Shown here in pieces: positions 1 to 10,790 of a DNA stretch of 64,000 nt. Origin of the DNA: Candidatus Babeliales bacterium (GTDB lineage Bacteria > Babelota > Babeliae > Babelales > Vermiphilaceae). The notes below the pieces were generated by a model that saw only the letters and a program-made list of their open reading frames with translations, was not told where the DNA came from and did no database searches. The DNA lies in NCBI GenBank assembly GCA_963743635.1, contig CAVUQO010000002.1:32001-96000 (forward strand), written 5' to 3'. The first letter of the stretch is position 1. Each line of letters begins with the position of its first letter. Made by a program: the position numbers and the translations under genes.

Positions 1-1019
1 ATCTTAAATTACCAACGCAAAAAAAGAGCGCCAAAGGCACCAGTTATTCAACCGATCAGGAAGTGCTCATGGCGCTTTCGGACATGCATATTGTGCCGGC
101 GCTCATTGTGCAGCATCGTGAATTATCGAAACTAAAAAGTACCTATATTGATGCGCTGCCAACCTACGTCAATCCCGTTACCAAGCGCATTCATACCACA
201 TTCCGCCAAACGGGTGTAGCAACTGGACGACTTGCAAGTAGTGATCCGAATTTGCAAAACATTCCTGCGGATGTATCTGGTTTTGGCATTGAAGTGCGCG
301 CTGCATTCGTTCCAGAAAAGGGACACGTATTTCTTTCGGCCGATTATTCGCAAATCGAGTTGCGCGTTCTTGCATACTTTTCAAAAGATACCGCACTGGT
401 AAACGCTTTTTTGAATGGTCATGATATTCACGCCGAAACGGCATCACGTCTTTTCGACGTTGCGCTCGACCAAGTGACGCAAGATCAGCGGCAAATTGGT
501 AAGCGCATTAACTTTAGTATTTTATACGGACTCACACCGTACGGACTTTCAAAAGATTTGGGCATTCCGTTTAAAGATGCAAAAATCTATATCGATAAAT
601 ATTTTGCACAATATCCGAGCGTTTCAGCGTGGATGGAATCGGTAATCGAAGAAACGAAAACGCATGGCTACGTTGAAACCTTATGGGGCAGGCGTCGTTA
701 TATTCCGGCGATTTATGAAAAAAATAAACCGCTCTATGAAGAAGCGCGCCGCGTTGCGATCAATACCAAAGCGCAAGGAACGGCCGCTGAATTGATGAAA
801 CGCGGTATGTTAGCGCTTGATGCGGCATTCAAAAGCAAGAAATTAGATGGACACATATTGCTGCAAATTCATGACGAACTTTTAATCTCCGTTCCTGAAA
901 ATGAAAAAACTATCGTTGAAGCAATTGTAAAAAAAGAGCTTGAGTCGGTCGTTGATTGGGAGGTGCCGTTGGTGGTCACCACACGCTTTGGCGCAAACTG
1001 GAAAGAGGTTACGAAGTGA
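1..1019 (+). CDS. polA: DNA polymerase I, C-terminal polymerase domain (5' part lies upstream of the window)
   Basis: Family A motifs TGRLASSDPNLQNIP, ADYSQIELR, KRINFSILYG, QIHDEL. Confidence 0.97.
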   Translation, partial: LKLPTQKKSAKGTSYSTDQEVLMALSDMHIVPALIVQHRELSKLKSTYIDALPTYVNPVTKRIHTTFRQTGVATGRLASSDPNLQNIPADVSGFGIEVRAAFVPEKGHVFLSADYSQIELRVLAYFSKDTALVNAFLNGHDIHAETASRLFDVALDQVTQDQRQIGKRINFSILYGLTPYGLSKDLGIPFKDAKIYIDKYFAQYPSVSAWMESVIEETKTHGYVETLWGRRRYIPAIYEKNKPLYEEARRVAINTKAQGTAAELMKRGMLALDAAFKSKKLDGHILLQIHDELLISVPENEKTIVEAIVKKELESVVDWEVPLVVTTRFGANWKEVTK

Positions 1020-1123
1020 GCAGTGCGTTACGATAGACAAGTTAAAACTTTAGATTATAATTGTGCGTGCTTGCAAGTAGTACATATGAAAAATAACAAA
1101 CCTCATTGTTCAGAAGGATTATT

Positions 1124-1612
1124 ATGAACACAATGACACATCGTATAACAAAAGCATCATTCGTTTTGAGTTTACTGGTTTCTACAACAATCTACTCAAT
1201 GGATCTTAGTGACGAACTACATACAGTTCGTTCAAGACGCAATTCTAATACCGTTCCTGTCGTGCTATTGCATTCACCATATGAACCGTTTGTTGAGAGC
1301 TATACAGCGAAAGAAAAAATAGAAAACAGTTTGATTTCCTTTGCCTTGGGTGCTGGTATTGCAGCGGCTGCTAATCAAGTCGGAGTACTAAAACCGCTTA
1401 TTTCCGATGGTAAAGACGGATATGGCACTATGGGTAAATTAGCAGGATTAGCTGTGGCTAGTTCAGCAATTTGTTTTGGCCGTGTAGTTCGCGAATCTCT
1501 CGTGGGCAAAAAACCAGAGGATCCTTTGGATGTTGCACTGAATGTAGGCTCAGGTTTGGGTGGAGTATACACCTTCGTGAAAGCATTTGTTGAAAAAGAG
1601 GCAACGAAATAA
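1124..1612 (+). CDS. Hypothetical secreted/membrane protein
   Basis: Signal-like N-terminus ending IYS-MD, several Gly/Ala-rich hydrophobic segments, terminator downstream. Confidence 0.7.
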   Translation: MNTMTHRITKASFVLSLLVSTTIYSMDLSDELHTVRSRRNSNTVPVVLLHSPYEPFVESYTAKEKIENSLISFALGAGIAAAANQVGVLKPLISDGKDGYGTMGKLAGLAVASSAICFGRVVRESLVGKKPEDPLDVALNVGSGLGGVYTFVKAFVEKEATK

Positions 1613-1639
1613 TCAGAAGATTATTTTCTATAATGTGTG

Positions 1640-1681
1640 TGAGTTGGGGCATTACAATATTGCTCCAACTCATTTTTTTTA
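1640..1681 (+). terminator. Intrinsic terminator
   Basis: tgagttggggc/gctccaactca stem followed by a T run. Confidence 0.7.
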
Positions 1682-1772
1682 ACTTCTTTTGTCAATACTA
1701 GTAAAAAAGAGAATTGCTCCGATACACTATGCCACTGGTAATAATACATATTTTTTTTCCGGGAGGAATATT

Positions 1773-2264
1773 ATGAAAACACTGCTTCTCGCCAGCTTAT
1801 TGGCGTTGCCTGCATATGCTGATGGGGTGCATCGCGATCAAGGATCTGTTGATGCCACAGCGGCGAACGAATCATCTCAATCTGCAGCGTCAACACCTGT
1901 TGAGACAACAACACCATCGGTAACCGCTCCATCAAATGGATGTCCATTCTTGCCTGCATGCGCTAACTCATGCCTAACGAGCATTACCGATTGTGCGCAG
2001 CCATTAGTAGCGCACACAAGCCCATTCGTACGCGGCATGGTGGGCGGCCTTGCGCTTGCGTGTCTTCAAACAAAAGTAGTGGATCCATTATTTGCATTGT
2101 GCAGCGATGAATTTGTAGTGAGTTTAGAAGCTCTTGGTTTTGCGAGCGCGTTGACAGCAGCATATGTGCATCGCGAAACATCAACAGTAGGCGAGCTTAA
2201 AAAACCAGCAACACTCGTTGGGGTGCTTGCAGGATTAGTGGCGTGGTACAGCTTTTGTGGATGA
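1773..2264 (+). CDS. Hypothetical secreted/membrane protein
   Basis: GGAGG RBS, MKTLLLASLLALPAYA signal, Ser/Thr/Pro linker, Cys cluster, C-terminal hydrophobic helices. Confidence 0.7.
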   Translation: MKTLLLASLLALPAYADGVHRDQGSVDATAANESSQSAASTPVETTTPSVTAPSNGCPFLPACANSCLTSITDCAQPLVAHTSPFVRGMVGGLALACLQTKVVDPLFALCSDEFVVSLEALGFASALTAAYVHRETSTVGELKKPATLVGVLAGLVAWYSFCG

Positions 2265-2430
2265 AGGGTTAGGAATACGGAGTTGTCCGAAGTGTCTTTA
2301 GAGCGTAACAGAATTAACTCTCGCCAATTTCATATGATTCAGGGATATCAAGGGGCTCTTGCTTGCAAGGGCCCTTAATAGTCATTAAACTTTATACACG
2401 TTATTTATATTACCAGTAAGGGATTATCAT

Positions 2431-2892
2431 ATGTACTCATTTAAAAAATCATTCATGGCTCTAGCGTGCGGACTTTTAATGGCCACCATGCCGGCAGCGC
2501 ATGCCAATGCGAATAATGTGCAAATGGTGCTTGTGCCCTCAGTAACAGGACTTACATCCGGATATATTTACGGCTCTCTCATAAAGAGTAATAAATGGTT
2601 GGCACTTGTGCTTTCTAACTTGTTAATAAGCCGCTGCAAGGATTATATTTTCAAAAATTTTGATACCAAGCATGGCGCAAATGCTAAAGGTTCTGCGAAT
2701 GATAATGGACTGCTTTCCGGTTTATCATTAACGTGCGAATCACAAACTGATAATGGCGGTGTCCAGCGATTGACCTACGCGCTCAATGTGCGTGACGACA
2801 ATAAAGAAGATACTGAAAATCAGTATAATAAGATGTCTGAATATGATGATTTGGTGACTATCGCTACTGTTTTGGTAATGCTCACCTGTTAA
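2431..2892 (+). CDS. Hypothetical protein, paralog of 3185..3673
   Basis: MYSFKKSFMA signal; shares the PxxTGxxSxxIY and LVT(I/L)A blocks with the next gene. Confidence 0.7.
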   Translation: MYSFKKSFMALACGLLMATMPAAHANANNVQMVLVPSVTGLTSGYIYGSLIKSNKWLALVLSNLLISRCKDYIFKNFDTKHGANAKGSANDNGLLSGLSLTCESQTDNGGVQRLTYALNVRDDNKEDTENQYNKMSEYDDLVTIATVLVMLTC

Positions 2893-2999
2893 CCATACGT
2901 AATGCGAATTCGATATCCCTTCACTATAGTTCCCTGCTACGCTATTCAGAGCGCCCTATAGATTTTGATACGCCCACTCTATAAAAATAAAAAAACATA

Positions 3000-3025
3000 A
3001 GGGTCCCTGGTTTCAGGGGCCCTTT
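3000..3025 (+). terminator. Hairpin/terminator
   Basis: agggtccctg/caggggccct stem plus ttt; similar hairpin at 2351-2376. Confidence 0.5.
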
Positions 3026-3184
3026 GTCATGTCAAAATTAAGAGCCAGCGGGGGTATTTGGCGTAAATAAAGGCTTTTTTGGCCTATTGTATGATGAAAA
3101 TAATTGTGCATCCTTGAAAAGCATGTTACTATTATTCTGATAATTTTCATCCATTCAGTATTATTACATAAGGGTAATAGGGAT

Positions 3185-3673
3185 ATGTACTCATACAAAA
3201 AATCAATTATGGCTGTTATTGCGGCCTATTCATTAGTGACTCTTTCAGCGGTTTACGCTGCTCCAGAACCAAAATCAGCCTCAGCGACCCCTGCCTCGTC
3301 AACATCTTCTTCTAGCCAAGCTGCGGCTCAAAAAGCATCAAGAGAGCAGTATTTGCCCGTTCTTACCGGGGTTGCTTCCGCGATCATTTATAGCGCGACG
3401 CTCAAAAAACCATTGGATCTTTTCTGTGATAATTTTACGAAAGAAAAGATTGCACAGGACGGCTATAGCAAGCCTTTAATGTATGGAGCGGTTGCTGCAG
3501 TAGTTTTTGGTGTTGTTCAATCAATAATCGCTCCGGTTAAGAAAACTATTTTTGACAATGAATGTTCTCCAACGCTTGAGCGTAAAAAGAATGAAAACAT
3601 GACATCTATCGATACCTTGGTAACGTTGGCTGGTTCAGTTCTTTTGATATATGGCTCAGCTCTCTTATCATAA
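3185..3673 (+). CDS. Hypothetical protein, paralog of 2431..2892
   Basis: MYSYKKSIMA signal, hydrophobic segments. Confidence 0.7.
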   Translation: MYSYKKSIMAVIAAYSLVTLSAVYAAPEPKSASATPASSTSSSSQAAAQKASREQYLPVLTGVASAIIYSATLKKPLDLFCDNFTKEKIAQDGYSKPLMYGAVAAVVFGVVQSIIAPVKKTIFDNECSPTLERKKNENMTSIDTLVTLAGSVLLIYGSALLS

Positions 3674-3757
3674 ATTGTTTGTATTCAAAATAAAACTCGC
3701 GGCATTATTGAGCGAGTCTCTGTTTTTCCTCCTATTTTATTCAAGGGAATATAATCC

Positions 3758-4552
3758 ATGCTAAAAAAAACAAATCTGATTTCTGTATTATTAGTATCGC
3801 TTTGTGCGCAATCTGTTTCTGCAAAACTGTCATCGTTTGAAGAAGGTATGATAGATGCATTGAGAGCTGTTTTGCCAGTTCGTCGCGCACAAAAAGAACA
3901 GAGTGCAGAGCTCAATAAAACTCAAACTAATAATGCGACAGCACAAACACCTGCCCTATTAATCAAAAAGCCATCTTTGTCGCTTGCATCTTTGTCGCTT
4001 GCGTCTTTGTTCAGTGGAGAAATCAATCGTACTGGAAGCGATCGTATTATTCATATCGATCCTTCATATAATTTTTCAAAGTTTGTAAAAAATTATAATT
4101 TTACTTCAAAAGAGCAGTTAGAAGTGATCAATAACGCGAAGCTATACGCCGAGCATGAGGGATCTTCGTCTATTGAGGCAGAGCATTATGAGCGCGCAGC
4201 CGAAAGCATGCAGCGAAAAAAAGAGAGAGAAAAAGAAAATGAAAAGCATAAATCTGTAATCAATAATGAAAAAAAGAGCTACTTTGGCGGGTTTAAGGCT
4301 CCAATTCTTGATATATTCTCGGGCAGGGGTGGCGAAACGCCGTCAAATAATGCGGGGGCTCAGGTTAAGAAGCAAGATTCGGCAGAAAAAATCGAAGAGG
4401 ATTCTTTTGCGAAAGGCAAGAAGATGATCGCCACTCAGGCTGCACGTGCTTCAGCTCTGATCGCTGTTCAGGCCTCACGCCTAGGGAAATACGCAAAAGA
4501 TAATATAAAGGATACGAACATTAGCTTTGGGGATATTGTTCCAGGCTACTGA
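3758..4552 (+). CDS. Hypothetical secreted protein with an AAA+ lid-like segment
   Basis: Signal peptide; FTSKEQLEVINNAKLYAEHEGSSSIEAEHYERAAESM; internal 15-bp tandem repeat near 3972-4010. Confidence 0.65.
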   Translation: MLKKTNLISVLLVSLCAQSVSAKLSSFEEGMIDALRAVLPVRRAQKEQSAELNKTQTNNATAQTPALLIKKPSLSLASLSLASLFSGEINRTGSDRIIHIDPSYNFSKFVKNYNFTSKEQLEVINNAKLYAEHEGSSSIEAEHYERAAESMQRKKEREKENEKHKSVINNEKKSYFGGFKAPILDIFSGRGGETPSNNAGAQVKKQDSAEKIEEDSFAKGKKMIATQAARASALIAVQASRLGKYAKDNIKDTNISFGDIVPGY

Positions 4553-4750
4553 TTTATAAGATTTTGGCCCTGAAAGGCCCTTGCCAGCGAGGCAGGGGGG
4601 ATAATCAGCTTTTATAGCTGTAGTTATTGACTTTTGAGGCTGATATCGCCATAATAATAAATGTGCCGTATAGTTCTTATACGGCTTCAATCAGGTCTAA
4701 AAAATAAGTAAAATATAGTCACAATATCGATCTTTTCTTAAAGGATAACG

Positions 4751-5008
4751 ATGGCAACGAGTAAAACCGGTGGGTCCACAAGTAACGGCCGTGATAGTCA
4801 TAGTAAGCGGCTTGGTGTAAAAATTTTTGATGGTCATAAGGTAACTGGCGGCGAAATTATTGTTCGTCAACGCGGGAACCGTGTATATCCAGGGACTTTG
4901 GTGGGTCAAGGTACCGATCATACACTCTATGCAAAGGGTGTAGGCGTGATCAAGTTTCACTATGGAGCTAAGGGTCGTAAGTACGTCTCTGTTGTTCAAC
5001 CTTCATAA
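4751..5008 (+). CDS. rpmA: 50S ribosomal protein L27
   Basis: [24 protein letters not shown]...IIVRQRG. Confidence 0.98.
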   Translation: MATSKTGGSTSNGRDSHSKRLGVKIFDGHKVTGGEIIVRQRGNRVYPGTLVGQGTDHTLYAKGVGVIKFHYGAKGRKYVSVVQPS

Positions 5009-5017
5009 ATTGAAATA

Positions 5018-5220
5018 CCCAGACTTGCGTCTGTGCTCCGGTCTGCCGTCACTTCGTTATGGCGTGACAGGTCATCCTGAGCGTCAGGAAAGGACGTTGT
5101 ACAGGTCGCTTTATAGCCTTTAGTCCTGAGCGAGCATAGCTTAGCGAGGGGCGGTCGGGTTATTCTATTCGTCTATGTTGGCACTAAAGCAAGTGTGATT
5201 TTACGAAAAAGAATAAAAAA
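5018..5220 (-). repeat. Composite palindromic (REP/MITE-like) element
   Basis: Reverse complement reads ttttttattct..ttcg...cgaatagaataacccgac...caagtctggg, matching 48654-48808. Confidence 0.7.
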
Positions 5221-5310
5221 ACTTGCTCAATAGCTCAAATCTTGTTACAAAATCTCTATAAATTATGTCACAAACCCTTTTCATGCAGCTAATGGCTCGG
5301 AGAGTATACT

Positions 5311-6269
5311 ATGGTTGAGTATTCACAATATCCTCAATATCGTTTTGATTTTCTAAAATATCGTCTTTTCGTGGCATTGTTTACTGTGGGATTCGTGGTC
5401 GCGTTCATCGGTATTTATGTGTATCGCAGTGAATCGAGCGTGGGAGAAGCATTTAGTTATAGCGTAGATTTTACGGGCGGAACGCAAGTTCTTTTTAAAT
5501 TTCAGAAGCCAGTATCGGGATCTCAAGTTCGTGAAGTATCTTGAACGCAATGGCTGGAAGAATCCGGTCATGCGAGAATTTACAGCAGGAGAACGAAATT
5601 ATCGTCCGCGTGAAAGAATTTGACAATAATGCGCAAGGGGTCGGCGAACGTATGCAAAAGGCATTCAATGCTGAATTTCCATGATACCGAATTGCTCAGC
5701 ATTGAAGGCGTAGGGGCGGGTGTGGGACGTGAATTGCGCTCAAAATCAATTCGTGCAGTATTGATTGCGCTTCATTATGTTGCTTTACATCGCATTTACC
5801 TTTTGGTCAGCTGCATTTGCAGTTGGTGCAGTTGTAGCATTGTGTCATGATGCATTCTGTAATGGTTGCGCGTAATTCTGTTTCTTGATCACTGAAATTT
5901 CAATCGATGTAATTGGTGCAATTTTGGCGGTTCTCGGTTATTCGATTAACGATACCATCGTGATTTTTGCCCAGATTAGAGATAATTTGGCAAAAATGCG
6001 GGGCAAATCGATGGCAAGAAATAGTAAACGCAAGTTTGAATCAAACGCTTCGTCGCACTTTTTTAACCAGCTTTTCAACGGCGTTAACGGTTGGTGCAAT
6101 GTTTTTCTTTGGTGGCGAAGGATTAAGAGATTTCTCCCTCACCTTGTTGGTAGGTATCATATTTGGTACATACTCATCAATTTACATCGCAAGCCCTATT
6201 ATGATGATGCTCTATAAAGAGCGGCATAAGAATCACATATATAAGCATTTAAATGCATGGTGCAGATAA
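5311..6269 (+). CDS. secF: Protein translocase subunit SecF (frameshifted in this sequence)
   Basis: VDFTGGT, GYSINDTIVIF, SLNQTLRRT, GTYSSIYIASP motifs spread over several frames. Confidence 0.92.
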
Positions 6270-6479
6270 TGCTTCATAAACAAATATCAGTATTCCATTC
6301 TGAAGATGTTGAGTCAGTAGATCAAATAATCTATGAGACCTGTGGAAACATCTGAAGGAGCATGAGAGTTCTATAGTTTGCATTATGAAGTCTACTCTTT
6401 AAGGGAATATGCGATACGCATGTTAATTCCATGCTATCATTCTCATATAATTATTTCTGTTCGTAGGAGGAAATGAACG

Positions 6480-8174
6480 ATGGCTCAAGATAAGCCAGTA
6501 AAGCAAACGAATACTCGTTCGTTGCAAGAAAATGAATCTCAAGATATCGAACGATTTGAGGCACATACCGATACCATGTCTGAGAATTAATGGATCAGCC
6601 AGGTTTTATCGCTCAAGAACAATCGGGTCCTGAGCAACGAGATCACCGACAACAACGTGATCGTCATCAAGATTATAAGTCCCGCGCTCGGGGCCAAGGT
6701 CAACAACGCCAGATCGTCAAGATCGTCAAGCCCAAAGACGAAACGAGAACTCATGAACAAAAACGTCAGTCAAGTACGCGTATTAAATCTATGGGCAATG
6801 GTGATGGCGAGATGAATCACGGCCGGCTGTAGAATTTCAAAAAATACCCGTCGACGAAATGTCGTTGACTGAATTAAATATGTATGCACGTCGCTTGGGT
6901 ATTATTGGCGCAAGTCTGATGAATAAAACAAGAGTTATTGAGCGTATTAAATATGTTGAAGCTCATCCTGAACTTGAAAATGAAGTTGAAGGGGTACTTG
7001 AAAAATTGCCTGATGGATTTGGATTCTTGCGTTCAGCAAAATATGATTATGTTTCTGGCCCGGATGATGTCTATGTTTCGCCATCGCAAATTCGACGATT
7101 TAATTTACGAACTGGTGATATTGGTTACCGGCGTAATTCGTAAACCAAAAGAAGGTGAAAAATATTTTGCGTTGCTTAAAGTTACCAAAGTTAATTATGA
7201 AGATCCGGCTTTCTATGCAGCTGATCGTCATCATTTTGATCGTCTTATCACCATTACATCCAAATAAAAAATTTAATCTTGAATATGATCCTACGCGTGT
7301 ATTTCAACGCGTATCATGGATCTGTTTACACCAGTTGGTAAAGGGCAACGTGGATTAATTGTTGCGCCACCAAAAGTGGGTAAAACAATGCTTGCTTAAA
7401 GAGATTACGCAAGCAATTATTGCCAATCATCCTGAAGCGATCTTATTATTTTGCTGGTTGATGAGCGGCCTGAAGAAGTTGCTGATATGAAGCGTACAGT
7501 GCGAGGTTCATCTGCTGAAGTGATCAGTTCAACTTTTGATGAATCGGCTGATCGGCATGTGCAAGTTGCTGAAATTGTTCTTGAAAAAGCAAAACGATTG
7601 GTTGAAGCGGGCAAGGATGTGGTTATTATTCTTGATTCTATTACTCGTTTTGCTCGTGCATATAATACGATTGCTCCAGCATCAGGTAAAATCTTAACCG
7701 GTGGTATTGATGCGAATGCATTGACAGCGTCCAAAACGATTCTTTGGTGCTGCGCGTAATACTGAAGAAGGTGGTTCATTAACTATTATTGCATCTGCGT
7801 TGGTTGAAACCGGTTCTCGTATGGATGAAGTGATTTACGAAGAATTTAAAGGTACGGGTAATATGGAAATGCATATGACGCGTAAACTTTCAAATCGTCG
7901 TATTTATCCATCATTTGATCTATTAATGTCCGGTACTCGCCGTGAAGATCTCTTGCTTCCTGAAGAAGATTTGAATAAAGTTTGGGTATTGCAGAAATTC
8001 TTGGCTACCATGAATACCATTGAAGGTATGGAATTCTTGATTGATAAGATGAAGAAATCCAAAACCAATCGTGAATTCTTGGAATCAATCAATAAGAAAA
8101 CAACGGCGACCGTCAGCAATGGCAATGGTCACGGTAGTGATAGTGGTAGCCACAGCAGAAGTTCTCACGAGTAA
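6480..8174 (+). CDS. rho: Transcription termination factor Rho with N-terminal polar insertion (frameshifted in this sequence)
   Basis: [74 protein letters not shown] before ATG 6480. Confidence 0.95.
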
Positions 8175-8213
8175 TTCCTCGAGACGTTCATCATTCCGCT
8201 AATTTGATATAAC

Positions 8214-8251
8214 AAAAAGCGCCTGTGTATTTGTTTACACAGGCGCTTTTT
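8214..8251 (+). terminator. Intrinsic terminator after rho
   Basis: aaaaagcgcctgtgta/tacacaggcgcttttt. Confidence 0.85.
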
Positions 8252-8260
8252 ACTTTAAAA

Positions 8261-8371
8261 TAATGCGAACTCCATCTAAGGAGTTCATATTACTATTTAA
8301 AATTAGCTTCGCTTAGATCGAGTTCGCGTTATTTAGTATAATATTAGCTTTCTTAGATCGGGTTCGCGTTA
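8261..8371. repeat. Three copies of a 20-bp motif CTTAGATCGAGTTCGCGTTA (one inverted, two direct)
   Basis: 8261-8280 (inverted), 8312-8331, 8352-8371. Confidence 0.75.
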
Positions 8372-8453
8372 AAATATGGAAATTGTCCGCGCGTCTGTGT
8401 ATCTTCAGAGTCTGTGTGAAAAAAGAATATTTACTATCAGGGGAGCAAGAATA

Positions 8454-8861
8454 ATGAAGATGAGATGTTTGGTCCTACTTTTAACAAGCGCGGCAAGCTC
8501 AGTGTATGGCATGCAAGGTGAGCCCAAGAAGGCCTTAGAAATGTGGACTCAAAATGGTTATATCAAAGTGCCTCAGTCGGTAGTAAAAGCGTCGCCAATA
8601 TTAACTAATATTCAAAACATGGACAAGAATGATTTCTTTAGAAAGTCATTATTGAGCGACCAACAGAGGATTGTTGTTGAAAGCCTTATTAATGATCAAG
8701 AATGGATTCTGGCAGGAAGTTCGGGCAATAATGAAGATGAAAAATCTAATCCCTATAGAAGCATGGCAGACATGCATCACTATCTTGCGGTAGCAAAAAG
8801 GCTCAAGTTATGCAGGCTTTATGAGGCCTATGTAGCTATTGTGAATAACACCAAGCACTAA
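8454..8861 (+). CDS. Hypothetical secreted protein
   Basis: MKMRCLVLLLTSAASSVYG-MQ signal. Confidence 0.65.
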   Translation: MKMRCLVLLLTSAASSVYGMQGEPKKALEMWTQNGYIKVPQSVVKASPILTNIQNMDKNDFFRKSLLSDQQRIVVESLINDQEWILAGSSGNNEDEKSNPYRSMADMHHYLAVAKRLKLCRLYEAYVAIVNNTKH

Positions 8862-9884
8862 TTACTCAAATACATCAAGCTCGAGCGTCGAGAATTTCCC
8901 TTGCTGAGCCTTATAATTGCCGACCAGGGCGATCATGGCGGCATTATCGGTGCAATATTGCGGTGCCGGAGAAAAGAAAGCCTTGCCTCGTTTTTCAGCA
9001 AGAGTGCGCAGGCGTTCTTTGATGTATTTATTGCAGGCAACGCCACCAACGAAGGTAAATGCTTTAATCTCAGGATACTGCGCGAGTGCGCGCGTTAATT
9101 TTTGTTCGAAAATATCGGCAATACAAACGAGTAATGAACTAGAGACTTCTTTTTTGAGTTGTTCATTATGTGGTTGCGTGAATTTCTTTTCTTCCATTGA
9201 ATAGGCATTGCGTTTGACTAAATCGTACAGTACTGCCGTTTTCAGACCAGAAAAACTGAAATCAAGACCGATATCTTTATTGCGCGGATAATTGAAGAAA
9301 TCTTTAAAATCCATTTCACGCGCCAATTTTTCAATCACTGGGCCGCCGGGATAGGGCAGCTTAATTAATTTAGCCACCTTATCAAATGCTTCGCCAGCAG
9401 CATCATCGAGCGTTTGGCCAATCACTTCATAATCCCCAAAACCACGCACCAAATATAATGCGGTGTGTCCGCCTGATGCCGTTAAACAAATATGAGGAAA
9501 GGGAATATCATTTTCAAGAAATGCAGAAAATGCATGACCTTCAAGATGATTGATGCCAATCAGTTTCTTGCCTTGCGCATATGCAATGCCTTTAGCAAAA
9601 CATAATCCGACCAAAAGTGAGCCCGCGAGGCCAGGATTGCTCGTGACGGCGATAACATCGATATCCGCGAGCGTTACCTGCGCAGCTTCGAGTGCTTCCT
9701 GCACGATGAGATTAATTTTTTCCAGATGTGATCGGGATGCCACTTCGGGGACTACGCCGCCATAGACTCGATGGAGATCGATTTGAGAAAACAATTTATT
9801 AGAAAGGATGCCGCGCTCTGAATGGTATACGGCCGCTGCGGTTTCGTCGCATGAGGTTTCGATGCCAAGAGTGAGGTAGGCCAT
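8862..9884 (-). CDS. tsaD: tRNA N6-adenosine threonylcarbamoyltransferase
   Basis: LGIETSCDET, GGVVPEVASRSH, NHLEGH, SGGHT, DDAAGEAFDK, CTDNAAMIA. Confidence 0.98.
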   Translation of the reverse strand: MAYLTLGIETSCDETAAAVYHSERGILSNKLFSQIDLHRVYGGVVPEVASRSHLEKINLIVQEALEAAQVTLADIDVIAVTSNPGLAGSLLVGLCFAKGIAYAQGKKLIGINHLEGHAFSAFLENDIPFPHICLTASGGHTALYLVRGFGDYEVIGQTLDDAAGEAFDKVAKLIKLPYPGGPVIEKLAREMDFKDFFNYPRNKDIGLDFSFSGLKTAVLYDLVKRNAYSMEEKKFTQPHNEQLKKEVSSSLLVCIADIFEQKLTRALAQYPEIKAFTFVGGVACNKYIKERLRTLAEKRGKAFFSPAPQYCTDNAAMIALVGNYKAQQGKFSTLELDVFE

Positions 9885-9897
9885 GATTATTTCCGAG

Positions 9898-10620
9898 TTA
9901 CGTTGTGGTAATAGTTAAACGGCTTGCATCAGGATGCCGTGTAACAACACATTCGCAGCTTGCATGAATTGTGCGGCAATCAAGAGCAGAAAGAATATAA
10001 CGCGTTGAAATATCTTGGAGATTTTGTTCTGACCCGACAAGCTGCAAAATGTTAGGAGATATGACCATTTTTGGAAGTTCTACACTTGAACCGCCTTCCA
10101 AGTGATCAATAAATTTTGGATCATAGATCACAACCAGCGTGTTGTCCGGAATTTTTCCGGTTACCTCATCGACCGTTTCTTCATGAATGATCCAGAAGTA
10201 GGGAGATTTTTCTTCGCTATTGAACTTAATGCCACCAACTGTTTTTGATTCCATCAGCGGAGTGTTATTTTTATGCATTAATTCTAAAGACCAGAGCTTA
10301 TAGCTATCGGTCGGTTTGATTTTAAGATACTTAATCGTATTGTCTTCAGATTCAAATGAATTTTTTTCTACCACCAGGAGATACAATTTGCGCATGCTGC
10401 GTTCGGTAGAAATAGTGAAAAGCACGCGATGCAAATCATTATCTTCTTCACCGCTTATTTTGTATCCGCCAAAAAAACCTTGGATATTGGGTACTTGCTG
10501 AATATCGTTAGGAAATTGAATGCTTGCTACATAGATGGTGCTACTTCGTGGGCGTTCGGCTAAAGCGGGGCTCGCCAGAGTGATCATAAGGAGGGCGGCG
10601 TGAAGTGTTTTTTTGAACAT
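9898..10620 (-). CDS. Hypothetical exported protein
   Basis: 240-aa ORF with signal peptide (ASPALA), 13 bp upstream of tsaD. Confidence 0.75.
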   Translation of the reverse strand: MFKKTLHAALLMITLASPALAERPRSSTIYVASIQFPNDIQQVPNIQGFFGGYKISGEEDNDLHRVLFTISTERSMRKLYLLVVEKNSFESEDNTIKYLKIKPTDSYKLWSLELMHKNNTPLMESKTVGGIKFNSEEKSPYFWIIHEETVDEVTGKIPDNTLVVIYDPKFIDHLEGGSSVELPKMVISPNILQLVGSEQNLQDISTRYILSALDCRTIHASCECVVTRHPDASRLTITTT

Positions 10621-10790
10621 ATTTAACCCTTATATACACTGAAAAACAGTATTTTACATCACACCAATAATAGCGTAGAGTGATATAAATAGCAAAAGTC
10701 AGTAGATAAAAGGGGTTAAGGTTAAAAACCTCAGTTATTCACGTCCGATTTCAATTATTAAGAACCATATCCAACGGTGATACCAAGACG

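Noticed and set aside
5311..8174. secF and rho as pseudogenes or programmed frameshifts
   Set aside because: Many scattered small indels in adjacent conserved genes with otherwise intact motifs fit local sequencing or assembly error; read-level polishing would decide.
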